Assembly (NCBI GenBank): GCA_024679065.1
Contig: JAGIQG010000048.1
Location: 186,001-250,000, forward strand
DNA length: 64,000 nt
Direction of reading: 5' to 3'
DNA from: Sphyrna mokarran
Taxonomy: Eukaryota
This document shows positions 1 to 13,100 of this stretch, piece by piece. Each line of letters begins with the position of its first letter. The first letter of the stretch is position 1. A program made the translations under genes and the position numbers. The notes under the pieces were generated by a model. It worked only from the letters and a program-made list of their open reading frames with translations. It was not told where the DNA came from and did no database searches.

Positions 1-213
1 AGTCTGTACTAAACCTCCCAATAAACTGCTCCGTTCGAAGGGAACCAGACCAAGCACCCAGCTGTTCTGATAGTGCACCTCATGTATGGTTAACGTCAAG
101 CTCCATAAAGACCTCTTACCTCGCGTGTTTCTCCATGATGGAACTTTGACGTGGATTCCCATTAGTCAGTGTCATTGTGTCAAAATAATATTGAAGGGTG
201 GGAGAAGTTCTAG

Positions 214-415
214 GACATAGAACACTACAGCACAAACAGGCCCTTCGGCCCACAAGTTGTGCCTATCATAGCTATACCTACCAGGTCATAGAACTATCTG
301 TAACTCCCAATCCCATTAAATCCCATGTACTCATCCAGAAGTCTCTTAAAAGACCCCAGCGAGTTCGCTTCTCCCACCACTGACGGCAGCCGATTCCATT
401 CACTCACCACCCTCT
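214..415 (-). mobile_element. CR1-type LINE 3' end fragment
   Basis: Begins with the ACATAGAACACTACAGCACAAACAGGCCCTTCGG tail also seen at 39669 and 59826, followed by RT C-terminal sequence on the - strand. Confidence 0.75.
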
Positions 416-1000
416 GATATGTTGGCCTTTATAGCGAGGGGGATCGAATATAAAAGTAGGGAGGTTCTGTTGCAGGTGTATAGGGTACTGGTGAGGCTGC
501 AGCTGGAGTACTGTGTGCAGTTTTGGTCGCCACATTCGAGGAAGGATATATTGGCCTTGGAGGAGGTGCAGAGAAGGTTTACTCGGCTGATACCGGAGAT
601 GAAGAAGGCTGAGAGAGGATCTTATAGAGACGTATAAGATAATGAAGGGGATGGATAGGGTAGAGGCTGAGAGACTCTTCCCGCTTAGCAAAGATAGCAG
701 GACTAGAGGGCACAGCCTCAAGATTAGGGGGGCAGGGAGCAGTTCAATTTGGAGTTGCGGAGGGGTTTCTTCACGCAAAGGGGGGTGAATCTTTGGAATT
801 CGCTGCCTGATGAGGTGGTGGAGGCTTCCTCACTGAATATGTTCAAGTCGAGAGTGGATAGTTTTCTGATAGACAAGGGAATTACGGGGAGAAAGCGGGA
901 AAGTGGAACTGACCCACTTCAGATCAGCCATGATCTTATTGAATGGCGGGGCAGGCTCGAGGGGCTGGATGGCCGACTCCTGCTCCTATTTCTTATGAAG
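416..1000 (+). mobile_element. CR1-type LINE fragment (RT C-terminus and 3' UTR)
   Basis: ORFs 419-637 ([10 protein letters not shown]...VQRRFTRLIP) and 749-1126 (FFTQRGVNLWNSLP) carry typical CR1 ORF2 C-terminal motifs; frameshifted. Confidence 0.85.
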
Positions 1001-1119
1001 AGGAATTATGAAGACCTTCGTTTGCAAGAAGATTTGAGATCGGAGTTAGGTAGGTGTACCTGTGGGTGTGCGGGAGAACCCGGAAGAAAGCCTTATAGAC
1101 ACGGGGAGAAGGTGCAGAC

Positions 1120-1280
1120 TCCATAACATGAGGGTGGGACATGTGGCTAGCACTGCTGCCTCCATTCCCAGCTTGGGCCACTGCCTGTCCACAGTTTGTG
1201 TAGGTTTCCTTCCGGTTTCTTCCCACCGTCTGGAAAGATGTGCTGGTTAGGTGCATTGTCCATGCTAAAGTCTCCGTGGG
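1120..1280 (+). mobile_element. tRNA-derived SINE fragment
   Basis: GTGGCTAGCACTGCTGCCTC head and CCGGTTTCTTCCCAC...AAAGATGTGCTGGTTAGGT core shared with other SINE copies in the window. Confidence 0.6.
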
Positions 1281-1464
1281 CCATTCATTCTTCAACCCAA
1301 AATCACAAAATTGCTGTTTGTTTATCAAACTTGGGAGGCTGTTGTTCCACGAACACTTCCTGCATTCCCAATATTACAGCAACGCATAAATTCAACAAAA
1401 ATACACCAGAGAGTTTTAAATGCTTTGGCGCGACCTAAGTTCGGGGAAAGCGTAATATAAACGT

Positions 1465-1805
1465 GGACGGCGCGGTGGCACAGTGAGATGGCATGGTGAC
1501 ACACTGCTATCTTAGAGCTCCAGAGCCCTGGGTTCGATTCCCAGCGTGGGGTCCCCTGTCTGTGCAGAGTTCACACATTCGACACAAGTTGGCAAAGTTT
1601 CCTCCAGATGCTCCGGTTTCCTCCCACAGTGCAAAGATGTAACGGGTTAGGCCGATTGCTAAATTGTCCCATAGTGCCATAGAATGTACAGGTTAGTGAG
1701 ATTGACAGGGTGAATTGGGTTAAAGGGATAGAACCTGGGTGAGATTGTTATCAATACAAACATGACGGATTGCATGGCCTCCTTCTGCAATGTATGGTTT
1801 CTATA
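1465..1805 (+). mobile_element. tRNA-derived SINE with LINE-like tail
   Basis: A-box-like GGTGGCACAGTG, B box GGGTTCGATTCCC, core TGCTCCGGTTTCCTCCCACAG, tail ...GGTTTCTAT. Confidence 0.7.
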
Positions 1806-3184
1806 TTTCCATGAACTAAATGCAAGCTCTTTCCATATGTTGCCAATACACAATACAATATTTGATATGTTGAAAGCTCTGAGATTGTATTCACTCGGCG
1901 GCTGATGCTTTAACTTGTCCAATTTAAGTAGATCAAATCATCAATCGAATTAGACATTCAGTGGAATACCAACCTGTTCAAATATGTTTTATTTATTTTG
2001 ACATCAGAACAAATGTTTATTTAGAAAGGATCTCTTTATTTGAATTAAACAGCACCTGCTCTAATGGGTATTCAGGAAGATTCTCTTCATTTTGAATCAA
2101 CTGTCAATGTACTTAAATTAAACCGTTATTCTGAGTTAAAACGAATCGAAAAGTGACTCTTTATCTGGTTTTGCGGTCATGAAACTTCATCCCAACCAGT
2201 GAGGCGTTTGTGTAAATAAACAGAGAAATAGCAATCCCAGAATACATTTATTGACTGAGAAAAATCACAAGAAAAATTTCTCCATCAACACAGTACAGAA
2301 ATAGGCAAACGTGGATATAAATCAACGGATTCCAATCCTGATCGTTTCTTGGACATTTTTCTTCATTTGTTATTTTACACAAAAAGGACTATGATCATCT
2401 CTGTGGGAAAGATTCCCTGTAATCTCGAAATACAACGCCACCGCAAATATACTTGTGGAGATTTCTTGTGTTTTATGTCCCTGTGTTTTTCTCCTATCTG
2501 ATTCTCTGTCTTGTCTCTCATGATAGATCATTTTCAACAACATCAGGTCAAGCTCCAGTTATTGTTTTCCTTCAGCCAAATCAATAGGCTTCAAACTAAA
2601 TGGATCTAATTCAATTAATTGGAATATATCAGGGCAGCTTTTCTCCAAAGTGTATATTGGACATTCCCTGGAAATCTAACCTGTCCTGTCCCAGCCACCC
2701 ACCTGTTTGAATGGAGAGATTGATTATTTCTCAACACCCAATATTAGATTGAGACGGTGGGGATGGAGATTCACTTCGTATCTATCCCGTGCCTCGGGAA
2801 CGTTTAATATTGCAATGTGGAGGGAGCTTAACACTCAGCACCTAAACACATGCTGCGCCTGAGCTTGGAATGTTTGATGGGACACTAGGCCCAGTCTCTA
2901 TATAACACTCCTCCGTGACCCTGCTCTGTTGATGTTAAATTAACTAATCAGTATGCCAGTTTATATTAAATGAAGATATTTCTCTGTTCATATTACACTA
3001 GATATGCTCTCTGTTTATACAAAATTAGATGCTGTCTTTGTTTATATGACACACCACCATTTATCTGTTTCTATTAAGCTCGACAGACACTCTGCTTTTA
3101 TTAATGTAGGCCTGTCTCTCTACTAAAGTGGATGCGGTCTTAGGTCTGCACTTTATGTCCACGTTTATTTCATATTGAACACGG

Positions 3185-3653
3185 ATACCGGAGATGAGGG
3201 CGTAGGATTATGAGGAGAGACTGAATAGGCTGGGTTTGTACTCTTTGGAGTTTAGAAGGCTGAGAGAGGATCTTATAGAGACGTATAAGATAATGAAGGG
3301 GATGGATAGGGTAGAGGTTGAGAGACTCTTCCCGCTTAGCAAAGATAGCAGGACGAGAGGGCACAGCCTCAAGATTAGGGGGAGGGGAGCGGTTCAAATC
3401 GGAGTTGAGGAGGAGTTTCTTCACGCAAAGGGTGGTTATTTGGAATTCTCTGCCTGATGAGGTGGTGGAGGCTTCCTCACTGAATATGTTCAAGAGTGGA
3501 TAGGTTTTTGATTGACAAGTGAATTAAGGGTTACAGGGAGAAAGTGGGAAAGTGGAACTGAACCATTACAGATCAGCCCTGATCTTATTGAATGACGGGT
3601 CAGGCTCGAGGGGCTGGATGGCCGACTCCTGCTCCTATTTCTTATGTTCTTAT
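3185..3653 (+). mobile_element. CR1-type LINE 3' fragment
   Basis: ORFs YSLEFRRLREDLIETYKIM and FFTQRVVIWNSLP; 3' tail TTCTTATGTTCTTATG; highly similar to 600-1000. Confidence 0.85.
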
Positions 3654-4057
3654 GACTCAGTTATTACTGCTCTAGACAGGGCGCAGTAATGTGAAAAATG
3701 GCTGGGGAACACATTTCTCTGTGATCTCCTACAGACACCACTCTCTCGGATGGAGACTGGTCTTGGGCACTGGAGCAAGTGATCTCTAGAAATCCAATTC
3801 TGCATTGCAAGTGGATATCAAACCCTGCGCTGGCTGCACTGTCGATGCAATAGTTTCTGTTTCAGGATCCTGCTGAATACAATTGTTTTTAGCACAACAT
3901 AGTAACTTATTCTCACAGAACCGTAGATTAATGTGCCTAGAATTCAAACAAATGCAAAATCCAGTGCATTAATAACAGTGACCTGGTCGCATGAAATGTG
4001 GGCAGAGTCAGGGTCAAATAAACACATACATGGACTGATGGAGCTTTAAGATCATAC

Positions 4058-4482
4058 CATAAGACATAGGAGCAGAATGAGGCCACTCGGCCCATCGAGT
4101 CTGCTCCCCCATTCAATCATGGCTGATATTTTTCTCATCCCCCATTCTCCTGCCTTTTCCCTGATCCCCTTATTAATCAGGAACCTATCTATCTCTGTCT
4201 TAAAGACTCAGTGACCCGGCCTCCTCTGCGGTAAAGAGTTCCACTCGTTCCCCACTCTCTGGCTGAACAAATTCCTCCCCATCTCTGTTTTAAAGGATCG
4301 TCCCTTTAGCCTGAGGTTGTTCCCTCTCTGGTTCGAGTTTTTCCTACTAGTGGAAACATCCTCTCCGTGTCCGCTCTATCCAGGGCCTCGCAGGATCCTG
4401 CAAGTTTCAATAAGATCCCCCCGCCATCCTTCTAAACTCCCAACGAGTACAGACCCAGAATCCTCAACCCGTTCCCCATACA
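4058..4482 (-). mobile_element. CR1-type LINE 3' fragment
   Basis: CATAAGACATAGGAGCAG tail followed by RT C-terminal sequence on the - strand. Confidence 0.75.
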
Positions 4483-4714
4483 GCAAACTCCAACTAAAAC
4501 AAGATCGAGAGCATTTGATTTCATGAACTGTTCAAGCAATACTGTTACCGAAACACTTGTAACGCAAGAATTTTGTTTCAGTTTAGTACACACACACATA
4601 AATATTTTGATGCAGTCGGAATTGAGACGCAGTCAGATTGAAGTTTTGAAGCTTATTTATCAGTGTCATTAGGCCGACATTAACACTGTAATTAAGTTAC
4701 TGTAAAAATCCCCT

Positions 4715-4942
4715 ACTCGGCTGTTGGGGTAGAATTTAAGGGAGAGTGTAGCATGGCCAAAATTCGCCTAAACAGCACGTCCTTCGGACTGTGGGAGGAA
4801 ACCGGGGGACGGGGATAGAACCAGCAGCCACAGGGAGAACAGGCAGACTCCACACAGACAGTCACCATAGCTGGGAAGTGAAGCCAGGTCCCTGGTGATG
4901 TCAAACAGCAGTGATAATCATTGTGCCAACGTGCTACCCATA
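4715..4942 (-). mobile_element. tRNA-derived SINE
   Basis: Reverse-complement core GACTGTGGGAGGAAACCGG...ACTCCACACAGACAGTCACC. Confidence 0.65.
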
Positions 4943-5189
4943 TTAACTGAAATATAGTTCAGCACAGTTATAACTCAGAAAGTACAGTTTAAATAGGGTC
5001 CTGGTCTCATCGAGGAACAACTGATATTGATCCGAGTCCAGAGCGAAAGGAGAACTACAAGTGCGAAGGTCATATATGGTCAGAAAGTTGGTGTTTATTT
5101 CCATCAATTGCCATCCATTCTCAAAGATGCATAATTTTAGTCATCATCCATTCATAAACATTGATATATTGACGTTTTAATTGAAGGGA

Positions 5190-5800
5190 TATGGGTGTTT
5201 CCGGCCAAGTCAGTATTTGTTGCCTATCCCTAATTGTGTTTAGTAAGCTGGTGTTAAGCTGCCTTCTTGAGTTGCTGCCGATCCTGCGGTGTAGCCTCCC
5301 GTACCGTCCTGTTAAGAGGGAGTTCTAAGATTTGATCCAAAGACAATGAAGGAAGGATGATATAGTTCCACATCAGGTATATAACTGACTGGGAGGGGAA
5401 TTTATAGGTGATATTCCCTAGTAACTGTGACCATGTTCCTTCTAGATGGTAACTGTCACGTGGTTGGAAGGTGCTGACTGAGGAATCTTGATGAGGTTCG
5501 GAAGTGAAACTTGTAGATAATGATTCTCTCTGGTGGAGGGAGAGAATATTTGCAAATGTTATACCGGTTGCTTTGTCCTGAATGGAATGAAGATTTTTGA
5601 ATGTTGTTCGAACTGCACTTACTCAAACAAGCGGAGAGAACCATTTCAGTCTCCTGATATGTGTCATGTAGGTGGTGCAGAGATTTGAGGAGTCAGGAGG
5701 TGAGTTACCCACAGCATGTTGACCTGATATTGCAGCCGGAGTATTCACATACCGAACTAATGCCAGCCAATGGTATCCCAGCGAGGTTTGTAGTCTGTGA
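5190..5800. repeat. Degenerate interspersed repeat, probably LINE-derived; related copies near 12740-12980, 22080-22620 and 62800-63350
   Basis: Shared motifs (CCCTAATTG...GCTGCCTTCTTGA...CTGTTA.G.GGGAGTTC...TGAAGGAA) recur at several loci; family not identified. Confidence 0.5.
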
Positions 5801-6364
5801 TTCAGTGTCACAATATCATTATATGACAAGGAGTAGACTTTTCATTTTTGCAAATGGTCATTTCCTGGTGCCAATATTACCAATAATCTTCAATTCACAA
5901 AAATAAATTAATATTTCACCAATTATTATCAATATTTTATCTGATGCCAATTTAATTGCAGTATATTGAACGTAAGATATTAGGATTCAAATGCATTGGC
6001 TTTTCTGCCCCAGAATTCAGCGGGAGATTGAATGAAATCAGGACAAAATAGTAGTAGCTACCCAGCAGCCTCTGAACTTTATTGACAAGTAATCACCTCA
6101 TCATCACACAGAAACTCTTGATATATAACGAGTATGTGACCATTTTAAAAATGGCTGTATGACTGAAACTATCTCTATCTAATATAAATTTATAGAAGCT
6201 TCAAAATCCAGATTGATTTTTACACGGTCCTGACAAATAATTTAAAGCTTCAAATTGTCCAGTGACTTTCACAATATTTGAGTTGCCATATTGTTTATTG
6301 ATTCATTCTTCACTGATTTGTGTAACGTTCTGTTGAGTGATTTTGTTACTCTAGAAAGGCGACA

Positions 6365-7075
6365 TTAGAATATCAGAAATAGGAGCAGGAGTCGGCCATC
6401 CAGCCCCTCGAGCCTGTCCCACCATTCAATAAGATCATGGCTGATCTGAAGTGGATCAGTTCCACTTTCCTGCTTTCTCCCCGTAATTCCCTTGTCTATC
6501 AGAAACCTATCTACCCGTGACTTAAAGATATTCAGCGAGGGAGCCTCTGCCACTTTAACAGGCAGAGAATTCCAGATTCACCATCCTCTGAGTGAAGAAG
6601 TTCCTTCCTCAACTCTGATCTAAACCACCCCCCCTTATTTTGAGGCTGTGCCCTCGAATTCTGGTTTCCTATCTAAGCGGGAAGAATCTCTCTACCTCTA
6701 CCCTATCCATCCCCTTCATTATCTTGTAAGTCTCTATAAGATCCCCCCTCAACCTTCTCTAACGAGTACAGACCCAGTCTATTCAATCTCCCCTCATAAA
6801 CTAACCCCTCATCTCCGATATCAGCCTGGTGAATGTTCTCTGTACTCCCTCCAAGGCCAATATATCCTTACACAAACGCGGGGACCAAAACAGCACACAG
6901 TTCTCCAGTTGCTGCCTCACCAGTGCCCTGTACAGTTACAGCAAGACCTCCCTGCTTTTATATTCTATCTCCCTCGCAATAAAGGCCACCATCCCATTCA
7001 CCTTATTGATCACCTGCTGTAGCTGCAGACTGGGTTTTTGTGATTTGTGCACAAGGATCCCCAGGTCCCTCTCCA
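6365..7075 (-). mobile_element. CR1-type LINE fragment
   Basis: ORF 6936-7157 (ERDLGILVHKS...MVAFIAREIEYKSREV) plus a 3' UTR matching 860-1000. Confidence 0.85.
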
Positions 7076-7341
7076 CCTCCTGATTCCCCAGTGAAGGAAA
7101 TCTGCCGTCCCTACATGGCTCAGCGGGCTGTAACTCAAGTTGGGCCGCCATGTACATAACTAGACAATGCCTTCTAAGATGCCCTCACACACCACTCAGC
7201 TGAAAAGGAATTTAGCACAGGAAACAAATGGTGTTCTTTCCAGTGACTCCCGCGTCCCCTGGAAGAATAAAATGAAATAAAACACAACAATGTTTATACA
7301 GTATAAGATATATCACCTCTCTGAATCAACTCTCACAATTT

Positions 7342-8402
7342 AGAACATAGAACATAGAACATTACAGCACAGAACAGGCCCTTCGGCCTTCGATGTTGCG
7401 CCGACCAATATAAAAAGCAATGCCCCTCCAAAACTAAACCATTCCCTTCTCTTCCATATACTTATCAACTAACCTCTTAAACGCCACCAAACTTGGCGCA
7501 TCTACAACTGCGGCAGGCAGGGCATTCCACTCCCGAACCACCCTTTGGGTAAAGAACCTACCTCTGATATCCGTCCTATAACTATCACCCCTTAATTTAA
7601 AGCTGTGTCACCTTGTGCTAGCTTTCTCCATCCTAGGAAAAAGGCTATCACTGTCCACCCTATCTAAACCTCTAATCATCTTATATGTTTCGATTAGGCC
7701 CCCTCTTAGCCGCCTCCTTTCTAACGAAAACAACCTCAAATCCCTCAGCCTCTCTTCATAAGACCTGCCCTCCATACCAGGCAACATTCTGGTAAACCTT
7801 CTCTGTACCCTCTCCAATGCCTCCACATCTTTCTTATAATGTGGGGACCAGAACTGCACACAATACTCCAAGTGCGGCCGCACTAGAGTTTTGTACAGTT
7901 GCAACATGACGTTGCGGCTCCGAAATTCAATCCCCCACCAATAAAAGCTAAGACTCCATATGCCTTCTTAACAACCTTCTCGACTTGACTGCCTACTTTC
8001 AGGGATCTATGCACATACACACCAAAATCCCTCTGTTCATCTAGACTGCTAAGAATCCTACCATTTGCCCTATACTCTACACATTTATTATTTCTGCCAT
8101 AGTGCATTACCTCACACTTTTCCACATTAAACGCCATTTGCCACCTCTCGGCCCAGCTCTGCAACTTGTCCAAGTCCCTCTGCAAACTATAACACCCCTC
8201 TTCACTATCTACCACTCCTCCGACTTTAGTGTCATCTGCAAATTTACTAATCCATCCTTCAATACTCTCATCCAGATCATTTATAAAAATTACAAACAGC
8301 AGGGGCCCCAAAACAGATCCCTGAGATACACCACTTGTCACCGAACTCCACGATAAATAACTCCCATCAACCACCACCCTCTGTCTTCTATCTGCTAGCC
8401 AA
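7342..8402 (-). mobile_element. CR1-type LINE, ~1.05 kb 5'-truncated copy with RT core
   Basis: ORF 7883-8377 has GVSQGSVLGPLLF and FADD reverse-transcriptase motifs; frameshifts into 7608-7907 ([10 protein letters not shown]); (AGAACAT)n tail. Confidence 0.92.
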
Positions 8403-8944
8403 AATTTGCCGGTAATTATTTCCCATCCCAGTGTTGTATTGGGTTGGGGAAATCATCATTGATCCTAACAAGGTGCCAGAGAATCGGGATACCTTTCTTT
8501 TCCCAAGGAAATGGAAAGCATGCATCAGCTTTCCAGATTTAAAAAAATCATTAAGTTAGCTCCAGTACTGTTACTAGGCAGATTTGTTCATAAATAGGCT
8601 CCATTGACAATGCTGAGAGTTTGAAGTTGGATTGCAGCCAATCGCTCAGCACTGAGGAAACAGATTTTCGACTTACTGAACAAACAGCATCGGATGCTTC
8701 TTGTAAATATCTTGGCGTATTTGGGAGCAAATTGGACTGGAGCCAAATACTGCGTAGGACGGATTAACGTGGACATGTAGGGATAAAATGGGACTTAACC
8801 AGTCCCAGAATAAATACTTGATTCCCACAATAAAGACACGTTTTAAATGGTATTCACTCCAAGCAATATTTTCAGGGACTGTACTGTGATTAAACAGTAA
8901 CAGAAATGGGTAAATTGGATCGATCCATTTGTGTAGATCCATTT

Positions 8945-9301
8945 GGTGATCTAATTGAGGTGTATAAGATGATCAGAGGGTTCGGTAGGGTGGATAGTGA
9001 GAGCATTTTTCCTCGGATGGAGAAAGCTAGCACGAGGGGGCATAGCTTTAAATTAAGGGGTGGTAGTTATAGGACAGATGTTAGAGGTGGGTTCTTTACT
9101 CAGAGGGTGGTAAGGGCATGGAATGCCCTGCCTACAGCAGTTGTGGACTCACCAAGTTTAAGGGCGTTCAAATGGTCAGTGGATAGGCAGATGGATAGCA
9201 TTGGAATACTTTAGGATAGAGGGTCATAAAATTGGTTCCATTGGTCGGCGCAACATCGAGGGCCGAAGGGCCTGTACTGTGCTGTAATGTTCTATGTTCT
9301 A
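8945..9301 (+). mobile_element. CR1-type LINE 3' fragment
   Basis: GDLIEVYKMIRG...TRGHSFKL...FFTQRVVRAWNALP; TTCTATGTTCTA tail. Confidence 0.85.
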
Positions 9302-9319
9302 ACTTCCAAATAAATGTCA

Positions 9320-9617
9320 TTCTGATTTATTTCATAGTAAACTTGCTAGCTTTCGGTCTTTGTGCCTTCATCAGGCGAATGAGGTGTTCTGGTCTGCAAT
9401 AGCACACATATCAGCATAGACAGTTACAGATTGCTGATTAGAATGTGAATCCTTACACCTAACCTGCTATTCAAGTCTTAAAGTGGCTGACAATGTGAGT
9501 GGAACTGAGCACAGATTAGAGAGATGTGTATTGTCTCCAGACAGCACAGTAAGTGAGGTTTTTTGCTAACCCAGGCAAGTCGTGGGGGTTACAGATAGTG
9601 TGACATGAAGCTAAGAT
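9320..9617 (-). mobile_element. Penelope-like element terminal-repeat fragment with hammerhead core
   Basis: - strand CTGATGA-AGGCACAAAGACC-GAAAGCTA at 9342-9380; body homologous to 40440-40688. Confidence 0.6.
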
Positions 9618-9629
9618 TGTAATAACATG

Positions 9630-10110
9630 GAATCATAGAATCCCTACAGTTCAACAGGGAGGTCATTCGCTGCAATAATCCTGCAGCGGGCTTTCCAGCA
9701 CAGCATCCCACCTCGGCAAATCCTCATTAGATCCAGACAACCACACATATTCATAGGCTAATCCACCGAACCTACACATTATTGGACACTAACAGGAAAT
9801 TTAGCAAAGACAATTTACACTGGATCTGGGAAGGATGCTCTGCAGGGTAACTGGTGCAGGCTTGATGAATGGTCTCCTTCTGCACTGTAGGGATTCTATG
9901 ATTCTACTTTGCGCCTCATTGGAAGCTAAGGGGCAATTTATCACAGCCAATCCACCTAAACTGCAAATCCTGGGACTGTGAAAGGAAACTGGAGCACTCG
10001 GAGGAAACCCACATGGATATGGATAGAATTTGAAAACCATACACAGTCACCCAGTGTTGGAATCGATCCCGCTTCCCTGTCGCCTGTGAGGCAGCAAAGC
10101 TAATTGCATC
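9630..10110. mobile_element. Nested SINE fragments
   Basis: SINE tails (ATCATAGAATCCCTACAG and its reverse complement) and - strand core GGAAACTGGAGCACTCGGAGGAAACCCAC. Confidence 0.55.
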
Positions 10111-10189
10111 TCTTAGTGATAACCACATTAGATTTTTTTACTCTTCCTTCACGTGAGTTTGATCAATATTTGTGACAGAAATACTTCAG

Positions 10190-13100
10190 ACATAAGATTT
10201 TTTTAAAATTTAACTTGTCTAATTTAAACAGATCAAATCCTCAATCAAATTAACATTTAGTGGAATATCTGGCTGTTCACAAATGCTTTATTAATTGTGA
10301 CATCAGAACTTTCAGAACTAATTCTGAAATGGAATGTATCATTTTTTTTGAATTAAATGCAACTGGTGTTATAAATGTTCAAAAAGTTTCGATTCATTTT
10401 GAACCAACCGTTAAAATTCTTAAAATAAACCACAATTTTGAATTGAAACTGATCAATAAGTGAGGGTTTATCTGGTTTTGTTGTCACGGACATTTCATGG
10501 TAAACACTGAGGTATTTATGTAAATAAATACGAAAATAGAAATTCCGAATTAGATTGTTGACTGATAAAAACACAGCAAATATTTCCCCACCAACACAGC
10601 CCAGAAATAGAGACAACCATGCAAATCAATCAACGGATTCCAGTGAGGATTGTTTTCAACATTATTTCTTCATCAGTTATGTGAGGAAAAAAAACATCAT
10701 GATGATATCTATGTTCAGAATTAAGGAATAATCCCTCTGATCCTAAATGTAATGACACAGCAAATGTGTTCCTGTAAATCTCCCTGTGTTTCATCTCTAT
10801 CTCTGTCTTTCTCCTGTCTGTGTCCTGTCTCTCCAAAATGGTTCATTGTCTTAACTCCACAGCATAAAGTCCATGTCAGCCCAATGTCTTCTCTCAGCCA
10901 GAGTTACAGGCTTCTAAAATAATGTAATTCAATAAATTGCAATCTATGACTGAGAATTACTCAAACAGATCTCTTGAGAAATCCATGATCTTGAAATCCT
11001 TGATACATTTTCTTCTGCGTCTAACCTGGTGGTAAGGATTCAATGTGGAACTTTTCCCTATATTTAGCCAGTGCTGTCCCTGTCCTTGGAGTATTTGACC
11101 TGACAGAGTAGAGGAATATTTACTCTGTGTCTCAACTCATTGTATTTGGCTTATGGACGTTTGATGCATCTTTGTCAAGGAAGATTTAATCCGTATCTAA
11201 TCTCTGCCGTACCTGGCCTGGGTGTGTTTTGTGGAACTGTGCAGGCGGCTCTTTCCCCTATTCCTAACGCTAATTGAAACCTGCCTCCTGAATCTCTGAA
11301 GGGAGAGAGCAGGAGAGTTTTTACATAGAAGAGCGTCCATGCCCTTTCTGCCTTAATATTGTTTGAACAGATTTGTAGACGGAGTTTCACCCTGTTTATA
11401 GACAGTAGACTGTTCTTGGAATGTTTGAATCGAAGGCGATTCACTTTGCATCCAAATCATGCTATTCCTGCTTTGGGAGTTATTCATTTGCCAGAGCAGA
11501 GGGGAAATTCCGCAGCTAACCCCGTGTTACTCCTGTCCTGTAAGTTTTCAATGGGACAGTCAACTGTCTCTACAAATTTGATGGGGATTGAACCAGTCTC
11601 TTTATATTACAGTAAATGTAGCCTGTGTCAGCTTATATGATAAGCCACATCCACTAGACCCTTTTTATCTTGCACGTAGAATTTTAAGTCTCTACACATA
11701 GTAAATTGGATGTATTATCTGTACTAAATTAGACACTGTTCTGGTTTATGTTTCTGTTTATATTAAACTAGATGTTAATTGTGTTTATATTATTTTAGAG
11801 CTGTCTCTGTTTGTATCAAACTAGATGCAGTTTTACTTCTGTAATTGACTGTCTCCATGTTTTTATTGCATTGGGACATGGGCTCAGTGTTTATTGCACT
11901 GGTCAAGGGCAGTAATGATGAAACTAGCTGGCAGAACACAAATCTCTGCATCCTTCTACAAATGCAAACTCTATCAGGTTTTGAACAGTGGAAAAGAAGA
12001 AGCGATATCTGAAATCTACTTCTGCTGACTGCATTGAAAATGGATATCAAGTCTTGTGCACTGTCAATGAAAAACAAAAGAAAAGCAAATTACAGCACAA
12101 TAAAATACTGGTGAACCAATATGCCTGGTTCTGCATCTTGCCTGATAGCAATCTTTTTTATCCCAACATATGATTTGTTTTTCTCACAAAACAGTGGAGT
12201 AAAACCAACATAATTCAAAGAGAGACGTAGTTAAGTGCAGGAACAAAATTGACCCCGTCTAGTGAGAGAAATACAGGGTCAGTATCAAATATACATAACC
12301 AGAGAGAATGCCGTGTGCAATGTAAACTGAGCTCTGGTCCAGCAGAGTATTAACAGAGCCAGACTTATTTTAATATAAACGGGGGCCTGATACAAGAAAA
12401 TAGAAGTGAGTTAGTGCCGAGTGGGGGGTGGTCAAATGTCAAATCCCAATGACACCCAGATCCCGTGAATGAAACATATTGAAAAATGACAATGCCAAGG
12501 GGAATAAAACTGAGACAGTGTCTCACACACACAGTTTTACTGATATAGGAACTTCTTAGCATGAACTGAGACAGCGCCGAGTAATTAATGATCCTGGAGC
12601 AAATAAGGAGAATGTCAAAATAAAGTTCAGAAAGAGAGTAATTCTTTTCACCAATTACAATCTGTTTGCAATTTAATCATTTCATTCATCAGCTCTCATT
12701 CATACAGAAAGAGGAGAATATTTAAAATGACTTTAAAGTCGGAAGGCGATGTTGTCGAGGCCCCCACTTATTCCCCATTGCCAGCTGCATTCGGCAAGCT
12801 GGTGGGGAGCCGCCTTATTCAATTGCTGCAGAACCTGCAGTGCAGGTACACCGACAGTGCTCTTAGGGAGGATTCCCCCCGGATTCCGAGGCAGCGTTAG
12901 TAAAGGATTGGTCCAAGTGGGGCTTGTGAGTATCTTGGAGAGGAATTTATAAGCGAGGTTGTTCCAATTCTGCAGTTATCATCAATTCATACAATTAGAT
13001 CACCAATTACGTTCATCAGTTTGATCAAAGCAAAATACTGCAGATTCTGGAAACTCAAACAAAAATAATGAATGTTGGAAAATCTCAACGGGTCTGATAG

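Larger units (their letters stand above)
1860..8830 (+). repeat. Old tandem segmental duplication, copy A (copy B 10190-14820)
   Basis: Colinear homologous blocks: 1910/10210, 2320/10628, 3660/11885, 6010/13615, 8560/14545; each copy has its own LINE/SINE insertions. Confidence 0.75.

Noticed and set aside
7608-8377. Active reverse-transcriptase gene
   Set aside because: 5'-truncated, frameshifted CR1 fragment with no ORF1 or endonuclease
8605-8765. Ig V-like peptide ESLKLDC (SFKLTC in the duplicate)
   Set aside because: No conserved Trp, YYC, leader or RSS, and stops flank it
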